The position numbers were made by a program, and so were the translations under genes. The notes beneath the pieces are model-generated. The model did no database searches, was not told the DNA's origin, and worked only from the letters and a program-made list of their open reading frames with translations. Below are positions 1 to 14,030 of a DNA stretch of 64,000 nt, one piece after another (positions within the stretch are counted from its first letter, which is position 1; every line of letters begins with the position of its first letter). The stretch is from assembly GCF_009914755.1 (NCBI RefSeq), contig NC_060934.1. One strand, 5' to 3'. The stretch comes from the human T2T-CHM13v2.0 reference genome, Homo sapiens.

Positions 1-700
1 TAAAAATATTTCATATGGTGGCACCTCTCCCTAAATGTATTACCTAAAATTTTGCTTTGAAATACTTGTGAAATGTCATTGCTTCTCTTTACTTTGTGGG
101 CTTACTTTATAACTTCTCTGTTCATTCTCATTTTAAATTATAGTCTGCTCAAGAAGTGAATAAAAAAGAAACTATTTTTAAGGAAAAATGTAAGCCTAAG
201 TTATATTGGGGAATAACTAAGGGGAATTGGGTAAATCTCCTTAGGCTGTAGTTTTTTTACTACACTGAGCATAGTAAATATATTATGTATTTGTAACAGT
301 AAATATTATTATTTTACTTTTTAAAAGACCAGTGGGATAGCAGTATAGAAGTGTACTTCCCATGCAAGGGATTCCCTTGCATAGGTTTATGATAATCACA
401 GTATGATGGAATAGGCTTCTCTGGAAGCTTAGGAAACAGCCATCTCTGAAGAAATCCAAGCAAGGACCAGAGGTTCATCTGTTAAAGTGAACTGATGAAA
501 GATTTATTTACCAGGAGGAAGCTGGATGTGTTGGCTGCTTATGACAATGGCTGGGAATAAGCTCTAATCTTACCAGGCTAGGCAGTCCTTGGCATTAAAT
601 AGATCACCATGATGTTGTATTTTTCCATTAATAAAGCTGTGGTTATAGCTTCCTAAACTGATTGAAAAGGTACATATTCTCTATTAATATCAGCACTTAC

Positions 701-779
701 TGTGATTTTTCATCTGTCTCTGGTAGTGGACCCTTCCAAAGTTCAGATTCTGAAGCACTTTCTTCCTCATCAGAGTTTC
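701..779 (-). CDS. FRA10AC1: FRA10AC1 exon 13 (79 nt: NSDEEESASESELWKGPLPETDEKS); last coding exon is left of the window
   Basis: aacag|GA ... CA|gtaagt; no stop codon is reached within the window. Confidence 0.95.
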
Positions 780-1269
780 CTGTTCATTTAAAAAAGATGA
801 TTTTTAAAAACCTATTATACTTAAAGCACATTTTGAATTATTCGCCAATACAATTAACTTTTTATTTAACTCAGCTTCAACTTTTATGACTCTCTAGAAA
901 TTTAATTCACTCTCACAGGTACAATAAATTCTTTTAAAACATATATAAATAAGCCAAGGGTTACCAAAGAATCTCAGCAAAAAGGCCAAGGATTTTAAGT
1001 CTCATCGAAACTTCTCTAAGTTACACTGAGTTAAAGTAGCAATTCCAATATCAACTCTTGTAAGTCAATTATCTCTTGCAATATAGTTGTCTCTGATCTA
1101 GTTTCTTCTTTTTCTTGGTTACACAGAAGACACGCAAGTTAAGATTTACATTTGTAGAGAACATGTTTACATTAGGATTAGTACCTTAAGAACTGAGCTA
1201 GTATGTAAGACCAGCTAGTTAAATTATTTTAAAAAAAATTGTCAGACATTTTAAAAAACCAATGCTGAT

Positions 1270-1860
1270 TACATAATGAGAAGAAGCCTGTTTCAGGGAA
1301 GAAACTGGCATTCTCACACATTGCTGGGAGTGAAAATTCTGTAAACCTTTTTCTGGAGAAAAATCTGGCAATATAGATCAGTTTAAAACGCATACCCTTT
1401 GACCAGCAATGCTGCTTTTAGGAATTTGATTACTTACATACATAAATAAGCACCTCTGATACATATGTACAAAGATGCACACTGTGTAACAACAACAACA
1501 AAAAACCTAATTCCCCACCAATTAGGGATTAAGGACTGGTTAAATAAATACTATACAGCTGTTTAAAAACATTAGCATATCTGTATGTACTGCAATAGAA
1601 AAATGTCCATTCTATATCAAATTTTTAAAAAGTTACAAAAAGTATGCATAGTATAATAGATATGTTAAAAACATATGCACATCATATACATACATGTAAT
1701 TTTATGTATGTATTGTAAGTTTGCAAAAGCCAACCAAATTTAACTGATTATATTACCTGTGGGCCTGGAATACTTTTACTTTCTATTTTAAACATTTTCA
1801 AATTGTTTGTATTTTAAACAATGAGCATGAATTACCTTCAAAATCAGTAAAAACAATAAA
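1270..1860 (+). mobile_element. Old L1M(E/C) 3' fragment
   Basis: Degenerate L1 3' motifs (ttgctgggagtgaaaatt, ccctttgaccagcaat). Confidence 0.5.
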
Positions 1861-2929
1861 GACATTTTATTAAAGATGACAAAATAGATATGTTTCAAAT
1901 AAATCACCTGTATTAGTCAACTAAAAATTTAAAAATACTGCAAAATTATCAGACAATAACACTATAACTCACAAAGTAGTTACATTAGCAGACAACTCCT
2001 CTCCAATAATGATTATTAGTCTAAAAAAGAAATGGCACAAATGTGGCCTGTCAATACAGAATGTCCTTTAGTTAAACACAACATAAAAATAAAACAGCAT
2101 TGATTTGTTACGGTAGTTCTAGCCTTTTACCTGTTGGACTCTGATCCCTGAATCAACATGTGTGTCTGAACTTTGCTCCTAACTGAATCTATTCTGACAC
2201 CAATTCTAGCAAAAATGGCAAAACTGGGGGAGGGCATTTTGTATTCTAATGATCTACATACAAATGATAAAATTTTAATCTTGAAAACAAGATTCCTGAC
2301 TCAATGACAGCCATCACTGGAATGGCCAGTGTCCCAAATTGATAATGTGAGGGAAAAAAAGAATTAAAATCTTCTCTTATTTTTATGAAAACTCATTAAT
2401 ATGAGATAAAGAAAGCAGAGAAAAATTAATTAGGCCTAGCAAGGTTATTACTATTGTATTACTCTGCTAATGTTAATGATGCCAGAGAACGAAACCTACA
2501 AGGCCTTTAGAAGTGGACAGCTGTTATCTTGTTCCCTTCCAAGAGTACTTCCCACATGCCAGCTTTCTTACACCAGTTTTCTGATACCAGTCAATTTTAC
2601 TAAAAAATCAAGTCAGTTTAGAGTAACATTATAAACTAACTGTCTTAAAAAATCCCCACTAAAAAAGTGGCCAGATATCCCTAGAGAATCAAGTCTACAA
2701 GACTGGACTAAATGACCTTTAAGGTCCCTTATAACCCTATGAATCTATAGTATCCTGGTTCCCTGAGGGTTGGTAGTCACTACAAATCATTGCTATCATA
2801 ACTGTTACAACCTGCCAGGGGCGGGAGGAGTGTTACTAAGGAAATAACAATTGGAAGAACAGGCAACACAAAAGAATGCATCACTGTCAAATCTATTCAG
2901 TGATTATTGGTAAGTAGGGATCAGAATTT

Positions 2930-3450
2930 AAGTCACTGACTTTCTGAGTTGAAAGGGGAACCTGGAGGTCATTTAATCCAACACTTATCCAATGAATGAA
3001 CTTTCACTGCAACACCTCCAATAAGTGCCAATCCAATCCATGCTGGAACACTCGCTACTCCAGAGGCAGCCCATTTCTCCATTCCTTTTGTCAGACAGTT
3101 CTAAGGGACAAGTTTTTCCTTAAATTAAGGCAAAAATCTGTCTTTGGGCAGTTCTGCCAACCCAGAGTCATAAAAAATAAGTCTCCTACATAGTAGCAGC
3201 CTTGCAAATATCCATACAGTAATTTCCATGTCTACTTCCTCACCTCTTCCCTCCCATCCTTTCACTCTTCTCCCAGGTAAACATCTGCAGTTCCTCCGAC
3301 ATTCTTCCTACAATATAATTTCAAGTTTTCTCCATACCTCAGTTTTTTTCTTCTTGACCTGCTTCAAGTTTTCAATGTTCCCTTTAGAGTGTGGTGCCTA
3401 AAATTATATACAATTTTTCCTACATGTTTTGAATAATGAAAGTAGGTCTA
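2930..3450 (-). mobile_element. CR1/L3 LINE remnant
   Basis: gaggcagcccatt...gacagttcta...aagtttttcctt resembles the L3 3' region. Confidence 0.45.
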
Positions 3451-5355
3451 TCATCTTGGTTTTTGTGGATATTATATGGTAACTAATAACTTGCACCACT
3501 GAAGAAATGGCAAATGTCTCCAATAATCATGGTAACAAATGGACAGGTCAGATTTTTATAGACTTAACTTTTGATTTCATCAATTCTAGAGAACAAACAC
3601 AGGATTTATATGTCTGTATTTTTCTTTTCTCTGATAACAATGATAGCTACAGGTTATCAAGGACTTACTTTGCGTCAGGCACATACTTTACATGTATGTT
3701 TTCTCATTTGATTCTGATAATAATCCAACGAAGTAGGTCTCTTTATACCCATTTTATAGACAGAAGTGAAACATAGATCAAATCATTTAATGTGGATCTG
3801 TACAATGCATATGCCAAAACTGAGGTATAAAGAATAGACATACAGTTGATTTCACTGATGAACAGTTATTGATTGATGATACAGGTAAAGGGCATAGACT
3901 TTGGAATTATAAACTTATGTTTAATCCCAGCTTTGCCATTAACTATTTGACCTTGGGCACTTTACTTCAATTCTTTGGTTCTTGGGCGATCTCATGTGCA
4001 AGGTGACTAAAGATAACAATACTTGAAATTTGTTAAGAGGGCAGCAAATCATCAAGTTGTATACTTTAAATATATATATTTTTAAAAATTGAGTTTCTTC
4101 ATTCATTTAAAGACATTCTCTAGGTCTTGATTTTTCTCATCTACAAAACGAGGATATTATATGCACATTATTAAGATTAAATGAGGTAACATATCTAAAG
4201 CACTTGTTACTGTCCCAACAGAAATTGAGTTTTTCTCCATGGATTTGGTTTTAATAATCCAGGTGTCAAATGGGTTAAGAAGGTAACTGAGTATTGTCCA
4301 AATGGAAATAAAGAGCAAAATGTGAGGTCTGAAATTGCCAAGACCATGTAATACAGATGACTGACCACCTGAGAGGATATCTGGGGTTGGCATACCATAA
4401 CAATGTATATGTTTCATGCTTGCTATGGTAAATAGCGTACCGGCTGCCAAACAGCAGGTCAGCTTGAAGTGGATAGTTTGTTTTTTCAAGATCAAATTAG
4501 CTAGGGGTTTCTCAGATTGGATATAGTCTTCACAGTATTCACCCTGCTTCTACTAGTAAAAATTTGACTTAGCTGAGGAGAGGTAAAAGAGCATTAAGGG
4601 CTATTTCTAGGAAGCAGGGAAGGATTCAAAGGGCAGGGGGTGAAAGACAGTGGGAAGGAGAAGGCAGGCAGAAGAAATAAAAGAATAATATAAATCAGTG
4701 ATTCAAGAATTTGCCCCAAAAGACTTTTTAAGGATAAAAAATTAGAACTGAAAAAGGGGAATTTTTTCTATATTGCATAAGCATTCACACCTCTCACTGT
4801 TGGAAATGGATGAAAACTAAAATACGCTCTCCCACTTTAGCCTGTGTACACCTTTGTTGAAGTATGTATCTATGATTTCATCCTGAGATAACATTGGTCC
4901 ACTGGTCTTATACTTGAATGTATTTTCGAAACTGTCACTACATTTTACCTAATTTAGGAAAGGACCTCCTGATAAATTAGAATTTACGTGGAGAGAAAGA
5001 GTCAGTGCTTTAAGACACTTCAAATATGTTGAAAACAAAGTTCGTACAAGCAAAATAATTATAAGGAATATACTATATTCCTAAGAGAGGAATACCTCCA
5101 TCAACATCTCCCTCTCTGCTAAATTTTTAAACAACAAATATCTTAACATTTCTATTTTTCTCAGTGCAAAATTTCTGATCATTGAATATTTAAAATTTCT
5201 TGTTAAGAATTATACTAAATGCAAATAATGTTTATATTTGAGTTTTGAAATTTAGAATAATCATCAAACTTTTTTCCCTGAGTTTGCCACAATAAATATT
5301 ATTTTAAAGTCATAAAAAATTTTTTCTTAATTCTTAGGTTTATAAATAACCAAGT

Positions 5356-5691
<336 letters not shown>

Positions 5692-6583
5692 CTATGAGAT
5701 AAGTCCAGAGAGTATAAAATGAATTAGATATGCTATTGAACTACACCTTATTATTAGGCCTTGAGCCTACTACAAGTCTTTAAAAAATTCAACATTATAT
5801 TACTGTTTAGATTCAAAGCTACTGTTTGTTATGACACAAATGGATGTACCCTTTTATAAACCCATAGAAGACTCTTCTCTCAAAACTGCCAGCAAAAAGC
5901 TGAACACTCCAGGAGTTCTCATTATTATCTTATGGGTACAATTAATCTTTCTATTGCTGGTTTCACTCTTAGGTTTGGTTGTTAGGAAGAACACTGACAA
6001 ATCTGTGATCTATCTCTGCAATTATGCAGGACTTTTTGGAATACATTTGTGTGTATAAATTTCACCTGTAGCTTTACATTGCTATTCTACCTTATTTTTC
6101 CATTATTCTGACTTTTTTAACCTTAAAAAAACTTATTGTGTATGTTTTTATAAGTCATTGTGAATACTTTTTGGAATATTGCAGGGAAAAAATAATAAAA
6201 TTTGCAGCAAATACTCAACGAAATCCAATCTGTTTTGATCCAAACTAGTGAAAACCATAGGCCTAATTTAAATCCATTTCAACCTCATCCCTTTATCTTT
6301 CTTCCTTCACATTTTATAACATGAAATTGAAAGATATATCCATTGTATTTACTGGAAAAATTTTTAATGCTCTCTATACTTAAAATAAGAAACTTCTTAA
6401 TGCCCTTAATTGGGGAATAAATCCTATACACTTTTGGCCTTTTTTCTACAGTTTTTCTCATGTACAAAAATAATTAACAAAAACAAAAAATAATTCACAT
6501 CACAGCAAGATACGATTCATGGGAAATCTAAATTGCAAATACCTCAAATGCATATTTTTATTAAATAAACACTTGTTACTTAC

Positions 6584-6622
6584 TAAGTAGAGAATCTTCA
6601 GATTTCTTTGAAGATGAATGTC
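6584..6622 (-). CDS. FRA10AC1: FRA10AC1 exon 12 (39 nt: HSSSKKSEDSLL)
   Basis: ttttcag|GA ... CTTA|gtaagt; symmetric phase 1-1 exon. Confidence 0.94.
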
Positions 6623-7199
6623 CTGAAAAGGAAACATCATTGATTTATTAACTATCATCTTGTAATAGTGCAATCATTGTAGCTATAACCAGAATTCTTA
6701 GCAATATTCTAGTTTGCTTATAGTCTTACAGATAAGCACTTCACTGTTTTCTAATCTTTCATGTTCCTTAGTCTTATCTCCCTCATTAAAATGTTACGTT
6801 CTTTTAGGCAGAGATCATATCTTATGTGCTCATATGGTCTGTAATAGCCAGCACAAAACAAAAAATAATGAATACCTGCAAAAAAAATCTCATATTGCTA
6901 AAAAGAAAACCTCACAGATAATTAGCTGCAATATAAGCAATAATTTATTATCTATAGAGATGTTCAACATTTGAAAGCAGTTTACAAATAAATACTTGCT
7001 TTTTACAGTATCTTTTCTAAAGTCATATATGCAGGTAAGTATTAGTTCTCAGAAACTGATAAGAACACAACACAATTATGTCATAAAACAAAAATTCTCA
7101 GCTCTACAATGGTCATCCAGTGAGAGAAAGAGAGAGAGAAAGGCACTGAAGATCGGTCAGTGTAATTTAAAAAAAAAATCACCACGATACAGAGCTTCC

Positions 7200-7640
7200 T
7201 GCAATAAGACCTCAGGGAAAATATTTCTGAAGGATGATAAAGTAAAAAAGGGCAGGTGACACATGGACAGTAACAATTCCTCCAATGTTCCTGGATAGGA
7301 GGCCTTGTAACCCAAAGTTTTTGGCCCCTTTAGACCAGATGAAGAGTATAAGAACTACAGGGTAAGGAAACAGGAAATGTATTCTTTCCTGTCATCCTCT
7401 AATGAGGAACATGATACCTGCTTCCCAATATCCAAAGGTCCATAGGTAAAAAAGACGTTAGGCTTAATTTGGAGGCCCAAGAACATAATTAGAACCAAAG
7501 GGAGGAAGCTGTAGATTTTGGCTGAATGTTAAGAGAAACGTGCTAGCAAATACAACTACCTGAAAATGTAAAGCTTTATTTTTGATAGTAGTGGGTTCCT
7601 TTTCCCTGGAAATGTTGAACCAATGCAGAACAATCACATA
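7200..7640 (+). mobile_element. CR1/L3 LINE remnant
   Basis: agattttggctgaatgttaagagaaac...gtagtgggttccttttccctggaaatgtt resembles L3. Confidence 0.4.
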
Positions 7641-7859
7641 ATATACAGCAGTGCCTCTCTCAAACTTTAGTGCATATGATTCGCCCTGGGAACTTGTTAG
7701 TAGATCTGGAAGGGTCTGAGATTGTGAGTTGCTAACAAGTTCCTAAATGCTGCCCAGAGGACTTTACTTTGAAAAGCAAAATTAAAGAATATCCTTTCAG
7801 TCATGATTCCAGGACTGATCTCTGAAGTTCCTTTCAACTTTCAGAAAATGTGGTTGAAT

Positions 7860-9960
7860 TCACTGATTCACTCACCTACACTTATTGAATGCCTCCTATG
7901 GGAGCAAGCACTATTAGGAATTAGAGATAACGAAGTAAACATGTCACACAGTCCCTTCCCTTACAGAAAATAAACAATTTATTCCAAGGATACTATGTAT
8001 TTCTAAAGGAGAAGTGACAGGTATTATTGGAATATGTAAGAGGAACATAATCTTATTTGGAGAAGTGAGGAGAAGGGTGTCAGGAAGGGCCTTTCCAAGG
8101 AATTGAGCTAAGCAGAAACCTGAAGGATGACGTAGCTTTTGGGAAAGGGGTGATGGTGAGACAGATAAGATTCTGAACATTTTGCCAAGACAGTCTACCT
8201 AAATATCTTGTTCTCCTCATACCTGCCAAAGCAGACTGGTCCTTAAAGTCAGCTACTGATCTTTCTTATTTTTTCTCTCTATCCATTCATTCAGCTATCT
8301 AGTTCATCCATCTATTACTTATTTAACATTTTCTAAGACGGTAACCTAAAGCTATGAGAGTTGATGGGATTACACTGGGAGTACAGAGAGAAACTAGAGA
8401 AATCTAGGTAAGAGCCCCGAGGAACTCTAACAGCTAAATGTAAGACTGAGAAGGAACTTCAGTTAAAAGCAGCTAAGGAGGTCGGGTGTGATGACTCATG
8501 CTGGTAATCCCAGCACTTTGGGGGGCCAAGGTGAGAGAATTGCTTGAGGCCAGGAGTTTGAGACCAGTCTGGGAAACAGCAAGACCCTGTCTCTGCAACA
8601 ACAACAACAACAAAATTAGCTGAGTATGGTAGTGCAGGCCTGTAGTCCCAGTTACCTGGGAGGCTGAGAAAGGAGGATCACATGGGCCTCCGAGGTTAAG
8701 CCTGCTGCAGTGAGCCAAGATCATGCCACTGTATTCCAGCACTCCAGCCTGGGGCCTGGGTGACAGAACAAGACCCTGTCTTACAAAAAAAAAAAAAGCA
8801 TTAGCTAAAGAGAGGCCAGAAAGATAGAAATAAAATTAAAGGAAGTTGTCAACAGTCCAAACGCAGCTGAGATGTTAAGCGTTTATTAATTACTCTTCAA
8901 GTCTGGTCCAAATTAAGGTGGTCTGGCAAGAAAGAATCAAATCAATGATAAAGCTAATTCTAGATGATCCCAGATAAGATATTAAAGAGTTCCACATGGT
9001 TTTCCTAAAAGTTTGCTAAAATTTTGTTATTTTCTGTTATATACCATAGAAGTTGGGGGTAAAAAAGCTATATTTCTAGAGACTTTGCTTTCAAAGGCAT
9101 TCTAAATAGAGAATACATAAGAAAGAGATGTCTCAATTCCACCTTGCTTTGGTCTTCTATCCCTGAAGAATCTTCAAAGTCCTTTACTGATTATTATTTA
9201 TGCTGAACATGAGCTAGTGGGGTGCTGGGGATATAGCAATGAACAAAGCAGGCAGAATCTCTGCCTCTTTGGCTTTTACATCGTCATATGTGTAATAATA
9301 GAAAGTGTCAGGAGCCATGACAGCATTACAAATGAGAGTCCTAATTTAGATTCAAGGTGGGGGATGAAATCAGGAAAGGATCCTTGGAAATGACATTTAA
9401 GAGCTTAGACCTGAAGGATGAGCTGGGATAGAACTGAGAGTTTTAGGAAGAGAAGACACAGCATCCATGTAACCCCTAAAATTGAAAGAGGCTTGACATT
9501 TTCCAGAAACTGAAAGGCTACATGGGGGGAGTGTGAACGTGAGGTACGGAGTGGTAAGAAACAAGCCTTGTATAGTACACAAGTTCTGGATCACAGAGAA
9601 CCTTTTAGCTTTGTCCAGGATTTTGCTTATCAGCCTAAAAACAACAGGAAATCACTGATTTATGGAGAATGGATTAAGAGGAGGGAAGGTGGGATGGCAA
9701 GACAGAGGCGGAACCCGTAAGGAGAATATAACAGTAGCCTATAAGAGAAAATATAGTGGTTTGTAGTAGGGTGGAGAGAACTTGAGAAATATATACTCTG
9801 GGGGTAAAATTCACAGGACTTGGTGACAAATTAAACATAAATAATAAGGGGAAAGAAAGTATCAAGGATAATCCGCAGATTTCTGATATTAGTTTTTAGG
9901 TCAACATAGGTGTCATCTACTGACAGAACACTAAGGGAAAAATGTCTATAAGGAAGATCA
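7860..9960. mobile_element. L2 LINE fragments (interrupted by an Alu and unique sequence)
   Basis: Typical L2 phrases (ttattgaatgcctcctatg, gagcttagacctgaaggatgag, caggacttggtgacaaatt). Confidence 0.55.
8480..8797 (+). mobile_element. AluJ element
   Basis: Diverged Alu dimer with (CAA)n linker and poly-A tail. Confidence 0.9.
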
Positions 9961-11411
9961 TGTGCATATGTACGCATAATACGAAGGGTCCAACCTCAGC
10001 CCTGAACCTGAGCATTCATCTACCTGATCTACTTTGATTGTACTGAGTAACATTTTATAAAGTAGAGACTAGTTCTTTCATTTGGAATACACAGTGATTA
10101 ACATGGTATCACAGTTGTGATAAGAATGAACATATAATACAATGAGGGCAACAAATTTCTTAAGTGACATATTAAATGTTTTACTAGCATATAAGGATAA
10201 ATAAGTTTTTAAAACTCAAAACATATTTTTAACATTTATTGGTTAAAATTTACCTTAGAGTGGAAAATAATTAAGATAGAGACAAAAAAGGCATTCTGCT
10301 ACAAATGCCATCTCTCAATAAGCAATAAAATAACAATATCTTCCTCTCACCATCTATCAATTTTACGAAGTCTAAAGGTTGGTGACACCATATACTTGAA
10401 GCTATGGGAGTAGACAGTATCACAAGGGCACACAGATTTAAACTCTGCTACATAATGAATATATTACCATGTGCAAGAAGAAGTAAATGCTTCTAAGCAT
10501 GCAACATAGCTAATGATCTTCATAGCTGGAGCAAGAGAGCCCTCTCCTGTCCAAATATTATATTAACATTGGCTTGAATCTAATTCAATTACCTATCTAG
10601 ATTAGTCTGATTCACTATAAATTACAGCCGATTGACTCTACTTTATTATGGGCTAAAAAAAGCAACTAGAAGTAACCTTCATAATAGCTAATATGTGCCA
10701 AGTACTATGCAAACTGCTTAATGAATTATCTCGTTTCAACTTCTGAACAATTCTAAAAGGAATCAAGACCATTTTACACATGAAGAAATTGAGTCTTAGC
10801 GAGCTTAAGGACTGCTAAAGAAAAAGCAGGCAGTTCTAAGTATAGGTGCACAGCACCATGCTAGGCTCTGAGAACACAGATATATGACAATCTTTCTCAT
10901 TTCTAGAAACTCATAAACTAGTAAAAAAAGTCACACAGGCCATTATAAATAAAATCAGTGTTACAATTTTATATTGATTTATAGATTATAGACTGTTTAA
11001 AGGCACTGATCAAAGTCCCTTTCACATTCTTATTTGAGTTTCCACAATAAGCTTGACCAGTATGAAGGCCAGGTATGCACCTCACCCCTATACACATAAG
11101 AAAAATAAAGCAGTTCAGTGACTGATGCAAAGTAACAAGTCTGTAGGTGACAAAGCCAGGAATTAGAAAACTGTTGGCAATATTATACTATCTGCCAAAA
11201 ATGAACTAAAATTAACCCTTAATTAATTTAGAGGAGTTCTTAAAACTCCTGTAAGTCACTTTAAGTTCATATCTAAATTCTCAGCCAGTTTCCTCTCAAC
11301 TACCATAAAATGAAATTCTCAATGCATTCACCAATTAGATGAATGAAATATGGCAGATTATATTTCATGCTCACAAATGTGAGTAGATGCCTTATCTTAA
11401 TTTCCTTTTAC

Positions 11412-11530
11412 CTTTATCTTTTTTCTTGGAGGCCTCTTCTGCAGAAGATAATCTGGATTTTTTATGTGATGACTCTTCACAGTCTTTTTTGGTTTTATCT
11501 TTTCTTTTTTTTGACTTGATTTCTTTTCTC
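11412..11530 (-). CDS. FRA10AC1: FRA10AC1 exon 11 (119 nt: RKEIKSKKRKDKTKKDCEESSHKKSRLSSAEEASKKKDK; basic, NLS-like)
   Basis: acaaag|G ... AAAG|gtaaaa; frame is continuous. Confidence 0.95.
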
Positions 11531-12450
11531 CTTTGTGTTAAACAATATAAAATTAAAGTTAACTTTTCCAACTGACCTTTTCAAAAATAACCATCATATG
11601 AACAAAAAACCAAAATCAGTTAAAATACTTATTTTTTAAATGTGATTTATATAATAAGGAACGTTAAGTGAGACTGTAAATATTTTATGCTTGTATATTA
11701 ATTAAAATCATTCTATAAGATAATGAAGTCTTAACACTGACACAAATAATTACTTTCTATAAGTTCTGTATACGACCATAGTAAATACAAATTATAATTG
11801 TATTTGTTTCTTTCTTTCTATATTCTATCACTTAGCCATTTAAAACTAAATTACAAAAAAAAGCCTCATTTCCCTTCACATAATCCATATCCACCTACAT
11901 GTTAAAAAAACACAAATAAGAAGAAACTGCTGAACAGCTCTAAGCCACCAGTAAATAGAAATTTCTACTCTTAAGAATAAAGGAATATAGTAGAAGCATA
12001 ATGGAATGAAAATGGAAAGGGCTTATTGTTAATTCATATATCAACATCAGGCCACTTATAATTTATACTCTTATTGTTGCAGCTTTATCTCTTCTAGAGC
12101 AGGTTTACAAGGTTGGCAAACAATTAATTAATTTTAATAGGTTAAGAAAAGAAATACTAAATGGGAAAAAGTGATAATGCTGAAATTGGGACTGGCAAGG
12201 AGAATAGAGACAAAGGAAAAGATTACTTTCAAAAAACTTGTTCAGTAGATTTTCCAAGTTAAAGTACATCTACTAAATGCTATAATAGTATTTAATGCAT
12301 TAACCACTTTTGCATATTTTGTAAGAATCATTTCCATTTTGAAATGAAGCTCAAAAGTCAAGGTCAAAACAAATCCCTGCTTTCTTTCAGTATCACTGAT
12401 GGGAAGGGGAAATAAAGGTTTAGGCTATTCCAGTAATCCAAAAAAGTTCT

Positions 12451-12770
12451 GGCCAAGTGTGGAGGCTTATGCCTATCATCCCAGCACCTTGGGCGGCTGA
12501 GGCAGGAGGACTGCTTGAGTCCAGGAGTTTGAGACCAGCCTGGGCAACATAGGGAAACACCATCTCTACAAAAACTTTAAAAAAAAATTATCCAGGTTTG
12601 GTGATGTACTCCTGTAGTCTCAGCTATTCTGGAGGCTGAGGTGTGAGGATCACTTGAGCCCAGGAGGCTGAGGCTGCAATGAGCCATGATCACACCACTG
12701 TGCTTCAGCCTAGGCAACAGAGTGAGACCTTGTCTCAAAAAAATAAAGAATAATGAAAATAATAAAAATA
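12451..12770 (+). mobile_element. AluJ element
   Basis: Alu dimer with J-type diagnostics (gaggatcacttgagcccagg). Confidence 0.9.
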
Positions 12771-13274
12771 ATCCTGCTAATTTTAAGAATTAAAAATATT
12801 ATTTAACATTTATTTTTAACAGCTAAAATACTATATAGGCACATTTATAACAAAGCTGTTATTTTTTGACAACCCATGTGATTGAAAAAAAAGAAAGCTA
12901 TTTTAAAATTAATATGCTTATGTATACATTTTATAAAGTTGCAAAAGCTGAACTTTTAACTGTTATCCAGCGCATAAAACCTGACCATCACAAAGGCAAG
13001 TTGCGAAGAATCAGTGTGAACATCTTTAATGCCAGGTACTGTGGCAAGCACCTTACATGCACTTTCATTTATTCCCCACAATAGCCTGAGTAGCCTCATT
13101 TTTACAGGTGATAAAATTAAGCCTTACAGAGGTTAAGCAGTTTGCCCAAGAAGAAGCCTAGTAAGCGGAGAAGCTGAGATTAAAAACTGAGGTCTGATTT
13201 CAAACCCCATAACTGCAGGACACTGGTATTCCCACACATTCAATGTGGCAGATACATTAAAGCTCATTCAATAA

Positions 13275-13583
<309 letters not shown>

Positions 13584-13987
13584 TGATTTTAACATTTAAA
13601 ATGAGTATAGAGGTGTCTAATCCTTTGTAAGAATGGCAAACTCCAGCTAAAACACTGTCTAAATGAGACACAAGAACTGCTTTATGAAGTCTGCTTTACA
13701 ACATAATTTCTAATATTAAAGTGTCAGAACATTGGCTCCAAACTAAAAATTCTAACATCCATCTACCACCTCACATAGGCCTTTACATTTAAAACTGCTT
13801 GGCAAGAATAGGGCATAGCGGACTTCTAAACCCCTCGTTTATGTAGCCATACGACAATGCCAGATTTTCTACATGATCAACCAATTCAACCATCAACCAC
13901 CTAAGTCTACATTTAGATACTTAGTGCAGGTAAATGACTATATCCTGGATTACTAAACATTAAGAATGGCATTTTAAAAGACATTAC

Positions 13988-14030
13988 CTGTGATGGAAAT
14001 TTAATTTAATGGAACATTCTTGGCATAACC
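13988..14030 (-). CDS. FRA10AC1: FRA10AC1 exon 10 (43 nt: LCQECSIKLNFHH)
   Basis: ttttag|GG ... CAG|gtaatg; contains a CxxC motif. Confidence 0.96.

Noticed and set aside
662-889. Plus-strand ORFs overlapping exons (also 11387-11575 and 28085-28291)
   Set aside because: Antisense shadows of FRA10AC1 coding exons.
4851-4948. Possible cassette exon in intron 12 (taaattag|GTAAAATG...CAAAG|gtgtac)
   Set aside because: Both splice sites are weak and there is no other support from sequence alone.
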